Made by a program: the position numbers and the translations under genes
Assembly: GCA_042568285.1 (NCBI GenBank)
Contig: JBHPIX010000001.1
Span: 539 to 64,538 of the forward strand
Origin: Patescibacteria group bacterium
GTDB taxonomy: Bacteria > Patescibacteriota > Patescibacteriia > JAZDEU01
Length of the DNA: 64,000 nucleotides
Direction of reading: 5' to 3'
Part shown: positions 19,949 to 29,381 of the stretch, piece by piece
Layout of the letters: each line of letters starts with the position of its first letter
Numbering within the stretch: the stretch's first letter is position 1
Notes under the pieces: model-generated
Told to the model about the DNA's origin: nothing
The model's database searches: none
The model's input: the letters and a program-made list of their open reading frames with translations, nothing else

Positions 19949-20383
19949 TTAACTAAAATTAAATATCCTTTTCCCAATAAACTTTTCTATATACTCTACA
20001 ACCTCTTTTTTAGCTTCAGGCGGGCTGGCCGCTACCCATCGAGCAACATTATAAAGTTCAGTCGTATTAGTTTTTAACCATTTTTTATTTAGAGCTAAAA
20101 AAATTAATAGGGTAGTGACAGCTATTCTTTTATTTCCATTTTGAAATGGATGATTTTTTATTAAAAGATAAAAAAGGATGGCTACTTTGCCACTTAATCC
20201 TTTATATAAAAATTGCTTATTGAATTTTTGAAAAGGAGTTGCAATGCAACTTTCAAGTATGTTTGGCTGTCTAGTATTAAATTCAGGAATAGGCTCATCC
20301 CAACTCATAGTCTGGACAGCAAGTTGATGAGCAATATATTTGATGTGTTCAATTGTTATGTTATTTATTTTATTCATCTCCAA
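19949..20383 (-). CDS. Fic/Doc family toxin
   Basis: HPFQNGNKR Doc-type motif. Confidence 0.9.
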   Translation of the reverse strand: MEMNKINNITIEHIKYIAHQLAVQTMSWDEPIPEFNTRQPNILESCIATPFQKFNKQFLYKGLSGKVAILFYLLIKNHPFQNGNKRIAVTTLLIFLALNKKWLKTNTTELYNVARWVAASPPEAKKEVVEYIEKFIGKRIFNFS

Positions 20384-20666
20384 GCATTTTTAATGTGTCG
20401 CCATATTCTTCAATAACTTTGGCAACACCTTTTTTTATTTCTCCTTTAATTTTGTCAGTCAATTCATTATTCACAAGACCTTTTAACTCATCTCTGTGTA
20501 TGATATAAGCGCGTCCAACTTTTTCAGCCTTAATTTGGCCGTTTTGGATTTTTTTAAACACGGCAATACGGCTGATATTTAAAATATCAGCTAATTCTTT
20601 TACGGTATAATATTTTTTTTTAACGCCAGTATTAGGATTGTTAGCCATATATTTATAGGTTAACAT
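20370..20666 (-). CDS. excisionase-like HTH protein, probable Doc antitoxin
   Basis: YYTVKELADILNISRIAVFKKIQNGQIKAEKVGR plus C-terminal IEEYGDTLKMLG; overlaps the doc start. Confidence 0.8.
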   Translation of the reverse strand: MLTYKYMANNPNTGVKKKYYTVKELADILNISRIAVFKKIQNGQIKAEKVGRAYIIHRDELKGLVNNELTDKIKGEIKKGVAKVIEEYGDTLKMLGDE

Positions 20667-20695
20667 ATGTTAATTAAAAAGTCAATAATTAACAT

Positions 20696-20724
20696 AAAAA
20701 TCCCGCTATTTTAGCGGGATTTTT
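20696..20724. terminator. terminator, likely the original terminator of tRNA-His before integration
   Basis: AAAAATCCCGCTA-TTT-TAGCGGGATTTTT, 6 bp from the left att core. Confidence 0.75.
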
Positions 20725-20731
20725 ATGAATT

Positions 20732-20809
20732 TGGGGTCGGGTAGTGGATAGTATTAGAACTATATTGCAGAAACAAAGTAAATATATCTATATTCCTAAT
20801 TTGGTTTAA
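20732..20809 (+). other. displaced C-terminal coding segment of the serine recombinase (left att)
   Basis: reads WGRVVDSIRTILQKQSKYIYIPNLV* in the same frame as the TGG GGT (WG) core of the recombinase. Confidence 0.7.
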
Positions 20810-20910
20810 AATAAAATTTTACCCCACGCTACTACTCACTATATTAAAGTTTATAAAATTTAATCAATTTGGTCTAAATAAATAAACAAAAAAGGCAGAT
20901 TAAAAAATTT

Positions 20911-21939
20911 TTAATTAAAGCTATCAACAATACCGTCATCATCACCATAAAAACAAGACGGAGTATAATCGTGCCAACACCATTGCCAAGAAGTTCCATA
21001 ACCATAATTTGAAGGATTAGACGAATTTGGCACGCCTCTCCTATATTTCAACATATCAAGTGACATACCAATCCATATTTTATTATTCGCCAATCTTTCG
21101 CAATCATTTTTCCCCCATTCTGGATGTGCCTTGCAGATTTTTCCTGCTTTAGATTGTTCCCACGCTTTTTGTTCAGCCAATTCTTTCGCTTTTCTTTCTT
21201 CTTCCGCTTTTTTTTGTGCCTCAAGTATAGCCTGTTTTTTCTTTTCTGCTTCTGCTTTTTGTATCTCCATTTCTTTTTTTTGTTGTTCTTGTTGCTTTTC
21301 GCGCTCAACTAATTCTTCTTCTGTAAATATCCGATTAACCGTTATTGTTGCCTTAGACTCTTTTTCCCCATTTTTCGCAGAGAAAACAAAATTATTCTGT
21401 TCATTAAATAATTCTAATAGATATTCAAAATCGCCATCTATTGTCGCAATGGTTATGCCGTTAAAAATTATTTGTGATTTTTTAGGGCTAACTTTTCCTT
21501 TAATTGTAATACTTTCTGCTTGTATAGAAAAATTATTTTCGGGTTCAATAATCGTTATTTTAGGAGCGCGTGTAATATAATTTTTAATTCCAACGACAAC
21601 AACGAAAAAAACGATAATAACACCTATACTAATCAACTTTTTTTGTCTATTTAATTTTGTTTTTTTCCAAACAAGCCAAATTAAAAGGAGAGGCAAGGTA
21701 AAATACCAAAAAAATATGGTAGCAATAATAAAGGCAATCCACATTATAATTTTTAAATCTTTATCCCGCTTTTCTTTCTTTTCTTTATTTACAATATTGA
21801 GTGCATTTTTCCTTATATCTTCAAATTCTTGATCTGATACGACTGATTTTTTTAAATCACTCCCACAATGCTTGCATTTTATTGCTTCAATTTTTATGTC
21901 TTCAGCGCAAAACGGACATTTTTTAGTTTTATTTTCCAT
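20911..21939 (-). CDS. zinc-ribbon membrane protein with Ig-like and coiled-coil domains (cargo)
   Basis: KKCPFCAE..IKCKHCG, TM helices, Ig-like TIKGKV..NG region, KAE-rich coil. Confidence 0.8.
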   Translation of the reverse strand: MENKTKKCPFCAEDIKIEAIKCKHCGSDLKKSVVSDQEFEDIRKNALNIVNKEKKEKRDKDLKIIMWIAFIIATIFFWYFTLPLLLIWLVWKKTKLNRQKKLISIGVIIVFFVVVVGIKNYITRAPKITIIEPENNFSIQAESITIKGKVSPKKSQIIFNGITIATIDGDFEYLLELFNEQNNFVFSAKNGEKESKATITVNRIFTEEELVEREKQQEQQKKEMEIQKAEAEKKKQAILEAQKKAEEERKAKELAEQKAWEQSKAGKICKAHPEWGKNDCERLANNKIWIGMSLDMLKYRRGVPNSSNPSNYGYGTSWQWCWHDYTPSCFYGDDDGIVDSFN

Positions 21940-22000
21940 ATAGTTTTTTACATTTTTATTTCATAATTCACTTTTACATCGGTCGCTATTTATTGTTATA

Positions 22001-22618
22001 TTACCAACTTACACTATAATCTTTAAGAAATACCCAACCGCTGCCCCAAGAACTTGTGCCGTCAATATTATTACAATTAAAATTATCATTTTTTCTTTTT
22101 GATTTAATACCTGTATCTTCTTGTTTTGCAAATGATACAACACCTTTTACATCAATACAAACTTTTGTCCATTTTCCGTGCATTACTAAACTTTCTGTAA
22201 TATCCGTTCTGTTATCAGTTATCCCTTTGTCGTGCATTAACTTTGCTTTCTCTAATTCTATAATTCTTTTTTCTAATTCTTCTAAATAAGTATTATCGGT
22301 TTCTACTACCATTTTTTCAACTGGTTCTTTTGTGTTTGCGTTGGTTATACTTTTTAATTTTTCATCAATTATATTATTTATAATTGAAAAGTAAGGACTA
22401 AATTCAAATAAACTATTATTTTCTTTCCAGCCATATTTTTCAGCCCAATCTTTTAAATTTTTATTGTCCTCTAAATATGGATTTGGGAATGCTTTTTGTA
22501 AATCTGGTCTATTGTTCCAAACTTTAATTAGCTTATTATTAACATCAAACGCTTTTGCTGTTATAAAACTAAACAAGAATAGAACTACTACCAACGAAAT
22601 GATTTTAAATTTTTTCAT
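22001..22618 (-). CDS. secreted hypothetical protein (cargo)
   Basis: signal peptide, RPDLQKAFP..WAEKYGWKE motif, coiled coil. Confidence 0.7.
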   Translation of the reverse strand: MKKFKIISLVVVLFLFSFITAKAFDVNNKLIKVWNNRPDLQKAFPNPYLEDNKNLKDWAEKYGWKENNSLFEFSPYFSIINNIIDEKLKSITNANTKEPVEKMVVETDNTYLEELEKRIIELEKAKLMHDKGITDNRTDITESLVMHGKWTKVCIDVKGVVSFAKQEDTGIKSKRKNDNFNCNNIDGTSSWGSGWVFLKDYSVSW

Positions 22619-22628
22619 ATTTTTTTTG

Positions 22629-22820
22629 TTATTGAATTATAACATAATTATATCCACATTTTGGACATCCTATATGTCTTGAATTAACTCTCCAAAGTGA
22701 ATAAATTATACCTACTGGAAAAAATAAAATCCAAAGAAATAATTCCATTAAAAAACTTCCTTTTGTTATTTTTTTTCCATTCCCTTCATACTTACAATTT
22801 GGACATTTTATGATTTGCAT
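22629..22820 (-). CDS. small LITAF-like zinc-ribbon membrane protein (cargo)
   Basis: CPNC, hydrophobic helix, CPKC; start reassigned to MQIIKC. Confidence 0.75.
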   Translation of the reverse strand: MQIIKCPNCKYEGNGKKITKGSFLMELFLWILFFPVGIIYSLWRVNSRHIGCPKCGYNYVIIQ

Positions 22821-22851
22821 ATCTTTTTTGTTAATTAAGTTAATAAATATA

Positions 22852-23949
22852 TTATATGTTATTTTCGTATTCATATTTAACCATTCCGTAATCGTTGCCC
22901 CACTCCTGTTTTGCTCTTTCCATAATTTCTGGATATGCTGTTTGTTTGTTAATCCATTCATAATCCTCAACTTGATTTTCATATTCATATTTAACCATTC
23001 CGTAATCGTTGCTCCATTCTTGTTTAGCTCTTGTCATAATCGCTGGATACGCTGTTTGTCTGTTAATCCATTCATAATCTTCAACTTGATTTTCGTATTC
23101 ATATTTAATCATTCCGTAATCATTGTCCCACTCTTGTTTTGCTTTTGTCATAATCGCTGGATATGCTGTTTGTTTAACAATCCAATCGTATGCTTCAGTC
23201 TGATTTTCTACCTCATAATTTACCATTTCGTAATCATTACCCCATTGTGCTAAAGCTTCTGCCCTAAAAATTTCTATTATCTTATCTCTGTCGCTCTTTG
23301 GTTCTATTATTGATACAGTTGGTGTAGGTTCTGGCGTTGGTGCTACTGTTGGTTGTGATGTTGGCTTTGTTGTTAGTATTGGTTTTATAATCGGTTTTGG
23401 TGTCAATACTGGAGTCGGCTCTGGTATTGGTTTTATTATTGGTGTTATTATTTTCTTTTTTGGTTCTTCAGCAACACTTTCATAAATTTGCTCTTTGTAT
23501 TTTTGAAAAATTGGAACTTTATTAAGGTCTTTATTAGTAATACCCAGTCCTTTTTCTCTCATAATCCTAAAAGCCTCATTTGGTCTGCTAAGATAATATC
23601 CTTTTAAATCTTCTGGATAAACATAATAAGCTTCTCCTTTACTTTCTACATCTAATAATATTTTACCAGCTAATCTTTCAGGAAAGGAAGAATTAAGATA
23701 TTTTTCTAATTCAATATGCTTTATTCCAAGTCCTAATTCCTGCATAATCTTAAAAGCGTCCGCAGGTCGTCCTAAATATGCCCTTTCTTGCGTGTCTGGG
23801 TCTATATACCACCCTTGCCCTTTATCTTCTACCTGTAATAAAATTTTACCTTTTAATCTACTTGATATATTTTGAGCATTAGAAAAATTGAAAGGAATTA
23901 AAAGTAAAATGAAAGTTAAAGTTGCTAACATTGTAAATTGTTTTTTCAT
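22852..23949 (-). CDS. secreted protein with duplicated GKILLxVE domain, Pro/Thr linker and 38-aa C-terminal repeats (cargo)
   Basis: signal peptide; two GKILL(Q/D)VE.KG..(W/Y)Y repeats; WxNDYxMxxYExENQ repeats. Confidence 0.8.
   Translation of the reverse strand: MKKQFTMLATLTFILLLIPFNFSNAQNISSRLKGKILLQVEDKGQGWYIDPDTQERAYLGRPADAFKIMQELGLGIKHIELEKYLNSSFPERLAGKILLDVESKGEAYYVYPEDLKGYYLSRPNEAFRIMREKGLGITNKDLNKVPIFQKYKEQIYESVAEEPKKKIITPIIKPIPEPTPVLTPKPIIKPILTTKPTSQPTVAPTPEPTPTVSIIEPKSDRDKIIEIFRAEALAQWGNDYEMVNYEVENQTEAYDWIVKQTAYPAIMTKAKQEWDNDYGMIKYEYENQVEDYEWINRQTAYPAIMTRAKQEWSNDYGMVKYEYENQVEDYEWINKQTAYPEIMERAKQEWGNDYGMVKYEYENNI
22856..23245. repeat. 114-bp intragenic tandem repeat, about 3.4 copies
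   Basis: ATTTTC(G/A)TATTCATATTTAA recurs at 22861, 22975 and 23089. Confidence 0.9.
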
Positions 23950-23981
23950 AGTTTTTTATAATAGCTTAATTTTGGTTATTA

Positions 23982-24134
23982 CTGGCGGAAAATATAAAGC
24001 CCGCCGCCAGCGATGGCTTACACCACCCATATTCCTTTCGGAATATGACCTGCTACAGGTGCTCTGACGACGAGCTTTCTATCCTGTAGCAGGTTTTTTT
24101 GCCATACCTCGCAGATTGACTACGAGGGTTAGGC
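23982..24134 (-). ncRNA. candidate structured/pseudoknotted RNA upstream of the cargo operon
   Basis: four stems, a GAAA tetraloop and G-U pairs that work only on the minus strand. Confidence 0.6.
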
Positions 24135-24157
24135 AATTAAATTGTTAATGGTTTATG

Positions 24158-24376
24158 TTATTTTTTTTGATTTATCAATTTTAGAATATCTTCCTTTTTA
24201 TACCGCATTACTCTTTTAATTCCAATACGAATAGCTTGAAATATTCCTTTTTTATCCCATTGTCTTAAAGTGTTCGGATGGCATTTCAAAATATCACACG
24301 CCTCTTGCAGTGTGAGTAATTCTGGTATTTCTTGTTGATTTTTAGCTGTTTTTAGCATTGACTTTTTATCTAACAT
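24158..24376 (-). CDS. excisionase/MerR-like HTH protein
   Basis: LLTLQEACDILKCHPNTLRQWDKKG..A.RIG...RYKKEDI. Confidence 0.9.
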   Translation of the reverse strand: MLDKKSMLKTAKNQQEIPELLTLQEACDILKCHPNTLRQWDKKGIFQAIRIGIKRVMRYKKEDILKLINQKK

Positions 24377-24443
24377 TTGATAACATTAGTATATAACAAA
24401 AATAAAAAAATTGCAAATTAAATTACTATTACCAAAAATTACT

Positions 24444-25616
24444 ATGACCCCAGAGGAAAAATTTAACCAAGAGGTTTGGTGGATTTTACAACGATTAAAG
24501 TATCTGGAAATCTCCTCAAAAAAGGGAGAAATCATCAATTTTATTATTGAAGCCAGACCCATTAGTCCCCCTAACGAACCATCACCAAGAGCTCAAGAAA
24601 GTGCCATTTTAAAGTTAGAGGAATGGCAAGCCATAAAAATACTTAACCAAAAAGTTAAATACGATACTTATGGAAAAGATTTTATTTATAATTTAAAAAT
24701 TTTACAACCAAAATTTGATGAGTTTTACAAAAAATATGAGGAAAAGTTAGAAAAAAATAGCCCCAAAAGAAAATTTTCCACTGAACAAGGCAATAAAACA
24801 ATTGCACAAGAAAATTTGGATTATACAGATACAGCTTCACGAAGAGCGTGGGAGAAAAAGTGGGACGCACTACAAGCAATATGGACTAACTACGAGAGTA
24901 GCAATAAACCAGATAATCTATTCATTCCTATTGAGCGATTGGCAATTAAAAATAGAACTGCCTTTGAGATAGATGGAATAATTGGCGGATTTCAAAAAGA
25001 GGGTTGTTTTAAGGATTGGCACAGAGGAACGGAGAATTATGAAATTAAAGATATAAACCATAATCAATTTGCTGAAAATTATAAAAAAACGGAACTTATT
25101 TACACTAAGTTTGCTAAAATTTATCAAGAAAGGGTTGGCGATAAAATATCTATAAACAATCAAGAAGAAAAATTAGAAAAAAGTAATAAAGAAAACTACA
25201 AAAATAATACTTTTCTACAATCAATTCATCTGATTACAACCACCTTAGAACCATCTGATGTTATATTTTTAGTGCTTGATAGAAACTTTAATATACCAAC
25301 AAGGTGTGCTGTAAAAAATTATAAAGGAACTCCTGCATATATAAAAAAATTATATGACATTGCTTATATAGCAGATGTTCCAAACAAAAAGGTTATTTAT
25401 GACAAAAAGTTGGCTGATAATATAAACAATGGATTATTTAGAAAAAGACCTATAAAGAAATTTATGAGAACAAATAAATTTAAAAAACCAACACTTGTTC
25501 AAAAATCAGAAGATAAAAAAACTTTAGTATTAAAAAATGAAATTCAGGTGGAAACAATCCTTGTAAAAAATATTCCACTCCAATATCAATATCTTTATAA
25601 AGACAAAACCAAATAG
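24444..25616 (+). CDS. hypothetical protein of the element
   Basis: long open frame, divergent from the HTH gene, followed by a terminator. Confidence 0.75.
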   Translation: MTPEEKFNQEVWWILQRLKYLEISSKKGEIINFIIEARPISPPNEPSPRAQESAILKLEEWQAIKILNQKVKYDTYGKDFIYNLKILQPKFDEFYKKYEEKLEKNSPKRKFSTEQGNKTIAQENLDYTDTASRRAWEKKWDALQAIWTNYESSNKPDNLFIPIERLAIKNRTAFEIDGIIGGFQKEGCFKDWHRGTENYEIKDINHNQFAENYKKTELIYTKFAKIYQERVGDKISINNQEEKLEKSNKENYKNNTFLQSIHLITTTLEPSDVIFLVLDRNFNIPTRCAVKNYKGTPAYIKKLYDIAYIADVPNKKVIYDKKLADNINNGLFRKRPIKKFMRTNKFKKPTLVQKSEDKKTLVLKNEIQVETILVKNIPLQYQYLYKDKTK

Positions 25617-25655
25617 TATACGAATACTATCAGTGCAATAAAATAGTCTTATACT

Positions 25656-25683
25656 AAAACCCGCTTATCTAAGCGGGTTTTTT
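25656..25683 (+). terminator. intrinsic terminator
   Basis: AAAACCCGCTTA-TC-TAAGCGGGTTTTT. Confidence 0.75.
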
Positions 25684-25752
25684 ATTTATTCTCCGTCTGG
25701 TCAGTGAGATATGATAATTGTAAAAGTAAAACAATTAACCAAACAAAATTAT

Positions 25753-26016
25753 ATGAGCAAAAAATTACAAAACAATTTAGAAGACAATGGAGTGTTCGCT
25801 AATTATGATTTAGGCTGTGCCGCCGCTTTAGTAACGGCGAATTTTGTGTTGCTCACTTTAGACAGGGAAAACCCACGCAAAGTGAGATTTATTTTTCGCC
25901 GTGAGGCGGGAATTGAAAAGGTCGCAGATGACTTTTGGTCTGATCGTCTTGAGCAAAAGTCCCGTTCGTTTTGGGATAACATTAAAAATCTCAAGAACAG
26001 ATTATATTCGGACTAA
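25753..26016 (+). CDS. DUF5659-like protein
   Basis: YDLGCAAALV..F.L..LDR....V.F.F pattern upstream of the primase. Confidence 0.7.
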   Translation: MSKKLQNNLEDNGVFANYDLGCAAALVTANFVLLTLDRENPRKVRFIFRREAGIEKVADDFWSDRLEQKSRSFWDNIKNLKNRLYSD

Positions 26017-26023
26017 TAAATTT

Positions 26024-26224
26024 ATGTTGTCGGACGAGCAAATTACAAAATTTCAGACGCTTTATAAAAACCGCTTTGGCAAAGAAATTAGCCGAGAGGA
26101 AGCGTATAAACAGGGTGCGAAACTCATCCGACTTGTTGAGTTGATTTATAAACCAATAACAGAACACGAGTATCAAAAATTACAGGAACGCCGTCAAAAA
26201 ACAGGCGAACTAAACATTAACTAA
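26024..26224 (+). CDS. small hypothetical protein
   Basis: MLSDEQITKFQTLYKNRFGKEISREEA; closely spaced in the operon before the primase. Confidence 0.7.
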   Translation: MLSDEQITKFQTLYKNRFGKEISREEAYKQGAKLIRLVELIYKPITEHEYQKLQERRQKTGELNIN

Positions 26225-26239
26225 ATTAACATTAAAATT

Positions 26240-28375
26240 ATGCAAGAATTACAAACCATTACAATTAAAGAATATCTTACACGCAAAGGTATTGCCTTTA
26301 GTGAAAGCGGAAAAGAACTTATAACTCACTGCCTATTTAACGGCTGTGATGAAGATAGCCGAAACAATGAAGCTCACCTGTATTTTCAGGCGGAAACAGG
26401 TCAATATAATTGCAAAAAATGCGGAGAAACTGGCAATATAATAACGCTCGCAAGACATTTAGGTGATGATATTAAGGATGTTGCGATTGATAGTTTTTCG
26501 GCACATAAAAAAGGGGCAATAAATCAACTAAAAGCCACTTATATTAACCCTGATATAGTCGCAAAGTGCCATAAAGAACTCCCAGAGCGTATCAGACGAT
26601 ATTTAAACAAAAGAGGGCTTACAGACGATTTTATAAGCGAATTTAAGCTTGGATATGGACAGTTTTATAAAAAATCGTGGATTACAATCCCTATTACAGA
26701 TATTGACGGCAATGTTTTGTTTTTTAAACTAAGGCAAGATCCTGATGACAAAGATAATCCTCATAAGCTTAAAGCTTATCCATCGGGAAGCAAGGCGACT
26801 ATTTACGGATTAGAGATGTTAAAAAATAATGAGGACATGATAATGATTTGCGAGGGCGAATTTGATAGATTGATTTTGTTAAAAAATGGAATACCTGCCA
26901 TTACTTCTACGGCTGGAGCTGGAACTTTTAAAGAGGGCTGGCTGGAAAATTTAAGCAAGCTTGAAAAAATATATATTTGTTTTGATAAAGATGAGGCGGG
27001 AGAGAAAGGGGCGGAAAAAGTAATAAAGGTAATGGCGGGAAAATTGCCAGAGGTTGCTATATATAAAACTACTCTTCCTGAACGAATGAATGAAGGCAAA
27101 GATATAACGGATTATTTTATAAAATATAACGGTACACCAGATGAATTAATCTATAAACTTTCAAAGCAGGTGGCTGGCAAAAAGCCCATTGATGTTTCAA
27201 AATTTACACCGCTTAAACTTGATGATATTATAAAGATATTAGGGCTTACAATAAAAAAAGATGAAGAAAATAAAATCGTAACTTTTTTATGTGAATTATC
27301 CGCTTATACGGAAAGCTCTCAGTTTAATATTAGTTTCAATGCTCCCTCATCAACTGGTAAAAGTTATATACCAACAGAAATAGCTCAATTATTCCCCGAA
27401 AAAGATGTTAAAGAAATAGGTTATTGTTCTCCAACCGCCTTTTTTCACGATGTAGGGGCATTTAACAAAGAACGGGAAGGGTATGAGATAGATTTATCAA
27501 GGAAAATATTGATATTTTTAGATCAACCGCATACAATGCTTTTAGAGAGATTAAGACCTTTGCTTTCTCACGATAAAAAGGAAATGCACCTAAAAATTAC
27601 AGACAAATCTCAAAAATCAGGTTTGAGGACAAAAAATGTTTTTATAAAAGGTTATCCATCGGTTATTTTTTGCAGTGCGGGTCTAAAGATTGATGAACAG
27701 GAAAGCACAAGATTTTTATTGCTTTCTCCCCAAACCGACAAAGAAAAAATTAGGGAGTCAATAATAGAGAGAATAAAAAAGGAATCAGACAATAGTAGTT
27801 ATTCGCAATGGTTAAATAGCGACTCAAGCAGAATAATGTTAAAAGAAAGAATTGAAGCGATAAAAAAAGAAAAGATAGAGCATATTAAAATTAAGAATCC
27901 GAAAATTATTGAAGAAAAATTTTTTAAAGGCAGAGATATTCTTAAACCAAGACATCAGCGAGATGTTGGCAGGCTAATATCTTTAATAAAGTCCATTGCT
28001 TTGCTTAATCTCTGGTTTAGGGAGCGAGAGGATAACATCATTATTGCTAATGAGGAAGACATAAGCGAAGCCGTAAAATTATGGGATAAAATCTCTGAAA
28101 GCCAAGAGTATAATTTGCCCCCATATATTTATCAACTTTATCAAGAAGTGATTATAACCGCATGGCAGGATCTAAATAATGGGAAAAATGGGATAAAAAT
28201 TGGGGTAAGTAGAAAGGATATAATGAAAAAACATTTTAAAGTATATGGGCGTATGATTCAAGATTGGCAATTAAGGCAACAAATTATTCCAATGCTGGAA
28301 ACCGCGGGGCTTATAACTGAAGAGAGGGATTCACAAGACAAAAGAAAAACATTAATTTACCCCACCACCCTTTAA
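26240..28375 (+). CDS. primase-helicase (Zn finger, TOPRIM, P-loop ATPase)
   Basis: HC...H...CKKCG, ICEGEFD, CFDKDEAG, GKDITDY, Walker A-like APSSTGKS. Confidence 0.9.
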   Translation: MQELQTITIKEYLTRKGIAFSESGKELITHCLFNGCDEDSRNNEAHLYFQAETGQYNCKKCGETGNIITLARHLGDDIKDVAIDSFSAHKKGAINQLKATYINPDIVAKCHKELPERIRRYLNKRGLTDDFISEFKLGYGQFYKKSWITIPITDIDGNVLFFKLRQDPDDKDNPHKLKAYPSGSKATIYGLEMLKNNEDMIMICEGEFDRLILLKNGIPAITSTAGAGTFKEGWLENLSKLEKIYICFDKDEAGEKGAEKVIKVMAGKLPEVAIYKTTLPERMNEGKDITDYFIKYNGTPDELIYKLSKQVAGKKPIDVSKFTPLKLDDIIKILGLTIKKDEENKIVTFLCELSAYTESSQFNISFNAPSSTGKSYIPTEIAQLFPEKDVKEIGYCSPTAFFHDVGAFNKEREGYEIDLSRKILIFLDQPHTMLLERLRPLLSHDKKEMHLKITDKSQKSGLRTKNVFIKGYPSVIFCSAGLKIDEQESTRFLLLSPQTDKEKIRESIIERIKKESDNSSYSQWLNSDSSRIMLKERIEAIKKEKIEHIKIKNPKIIEEKFFKGRDILKPRHQRDVGRLISLIKSIALLNLWFREREDNIIIANEEDISEAVKLWDKISESQEYNLPPYIYQLYQEVIITAWQDLNNGKNGIKIGVSRKDIMKKHFKVYGRMIQDWQLRQQIIPMLETAGLITEERDSQDKRKTLIYPTTL

Positions 28376-28573
28376 CTCACTATATTATAAATAGTGAGTG
28401 ATACTGGGGGGATGTGGGAATAAAATACTAAATTTATGATTGGGAAATACTGGAAAAACAGGAAGATTAAAAATGTCGTTTTAAAATGATATTTTTGGCT
28501 AAAATTAGCTAAAATATAGTAATTAAATACAAAATTTAGAAAGCTTAATCTCTAATTATTTCGGTAAAATTAT

Positions 28574-29170
28574 ATGAGCAAAATAATAAAAGAAAATTGC
28601 AAGGAATTAAGTATTTATAGGTTAAAAGAATGGGGTTATTTTGAGGCTGGCTGGCGTAAAAACGGGGGAATTACTTGGACAAGCCCGAATGGAGATAAAA
28701 GTAATATTAGTTTTGTAGTAGATTTGGGAGAACAAAATGATATGTTTATAGAGGTAGATTATAGGGTAAAAAATTGGGGAGAGGATGAATGGACTAATAT
28801 AAAACAGAAATATCCGATCGTTGCGACTACTTGCAATTATGGAGGCGTAAGATATTGGTTTGAATGTTCAATTTATCATAATGGTGTTTATTGCGGACGG
28901 AGAGTGGCTAAATTGTATTTGGGAGCAGGAAGCAAGTATTTTGCTTGCAGGCATTGCTATGGTTTAACTTATCGTTCCCGATTAGAAGGATTTGCTTATA
29001 CTGCTCCCTATTTAGACGAATACGCTGAGAAAACAAAAAGGTGGTATTATAACGGGAAGCCAACCAGACGGCATAGGCAGTATATAAAGAAAGAAAATAG
29101 TATGATGAGATATTGGGCAAGGTTTTTATTTAAGGCAAATGAAAGAATGGACGGGAGAATAAATAAATAA
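28574..29170 (+). CDS. hypothetical Cys-motif protein of the element
   Basis: CNYGG.RYWFEC...CGRRVAKLY...FACRHCYGLTY.S. Confidence 0.75.
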   Translation: MSKIIKENCKELSIYRLKEWGYFEAGWRKNGGITWTSPNGDKSNISFVVDLGEQNDMFIEVDYRVKNWGEDEWTNIKQKYPIVATTCNYGGVRYWFECSIYHNGVYCGRRVAKLYLGAGSKYFACRHCYGLTYRSRLEGFAYTAPYLDEYAEKTKRWYYNGKPTRRHRQYIKKENSMMRYWARFLFKANERMDGRINK

Positions 29171-29204
29171 ATTAAATAAAATAAAATAAAATGAGGTGAA
29201 TGAG

Positions 29205-29233
29205 TTGGCTAAATGAATTTTATGGTGTATAAT
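29205..29233 (+). promoter_or_regulatory. recombinase promoter
   Basis: TTGGCT, 17-bp spacer, TATAAT. Confidence 0.6.
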
Positions 29234-29239
29234 ATAAAT

Positions 29240-29353
29240 GTTGACCCACACATAAACTAATAACCGAAGGTTTTTGTTTTGTCGCCCCAAATGGGCGGTT
29301 CTGCCGATAAATACTACCTTCGGGAAAGTGTGTTGGGTCAACCAGAACCGTCC
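29240..29353 (+). ncRNA. candidate pseudoknotted 5' UTR of the recombinase
   Basis: nested stems plus an 11-bp loop-to-downstream pairing. Confidence 0.55.
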
Positions 29354-29381
29354 TTTTGAGTTTTTATACAACTCTAACAAT

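Noticed and set aside
22856-23245. Near-identical repeats as a DGR template/variable pair
   Set aside because: They are contiguous in-frame tandem units, differences are not confined to adenines, and no reverse transcriptase is in the window.
24061-24080. CTGACGA as a hammerhead ribozyme core
   Set aside because: No stem II followed by GAAA on that strand; structural signals favour the opposite strand.
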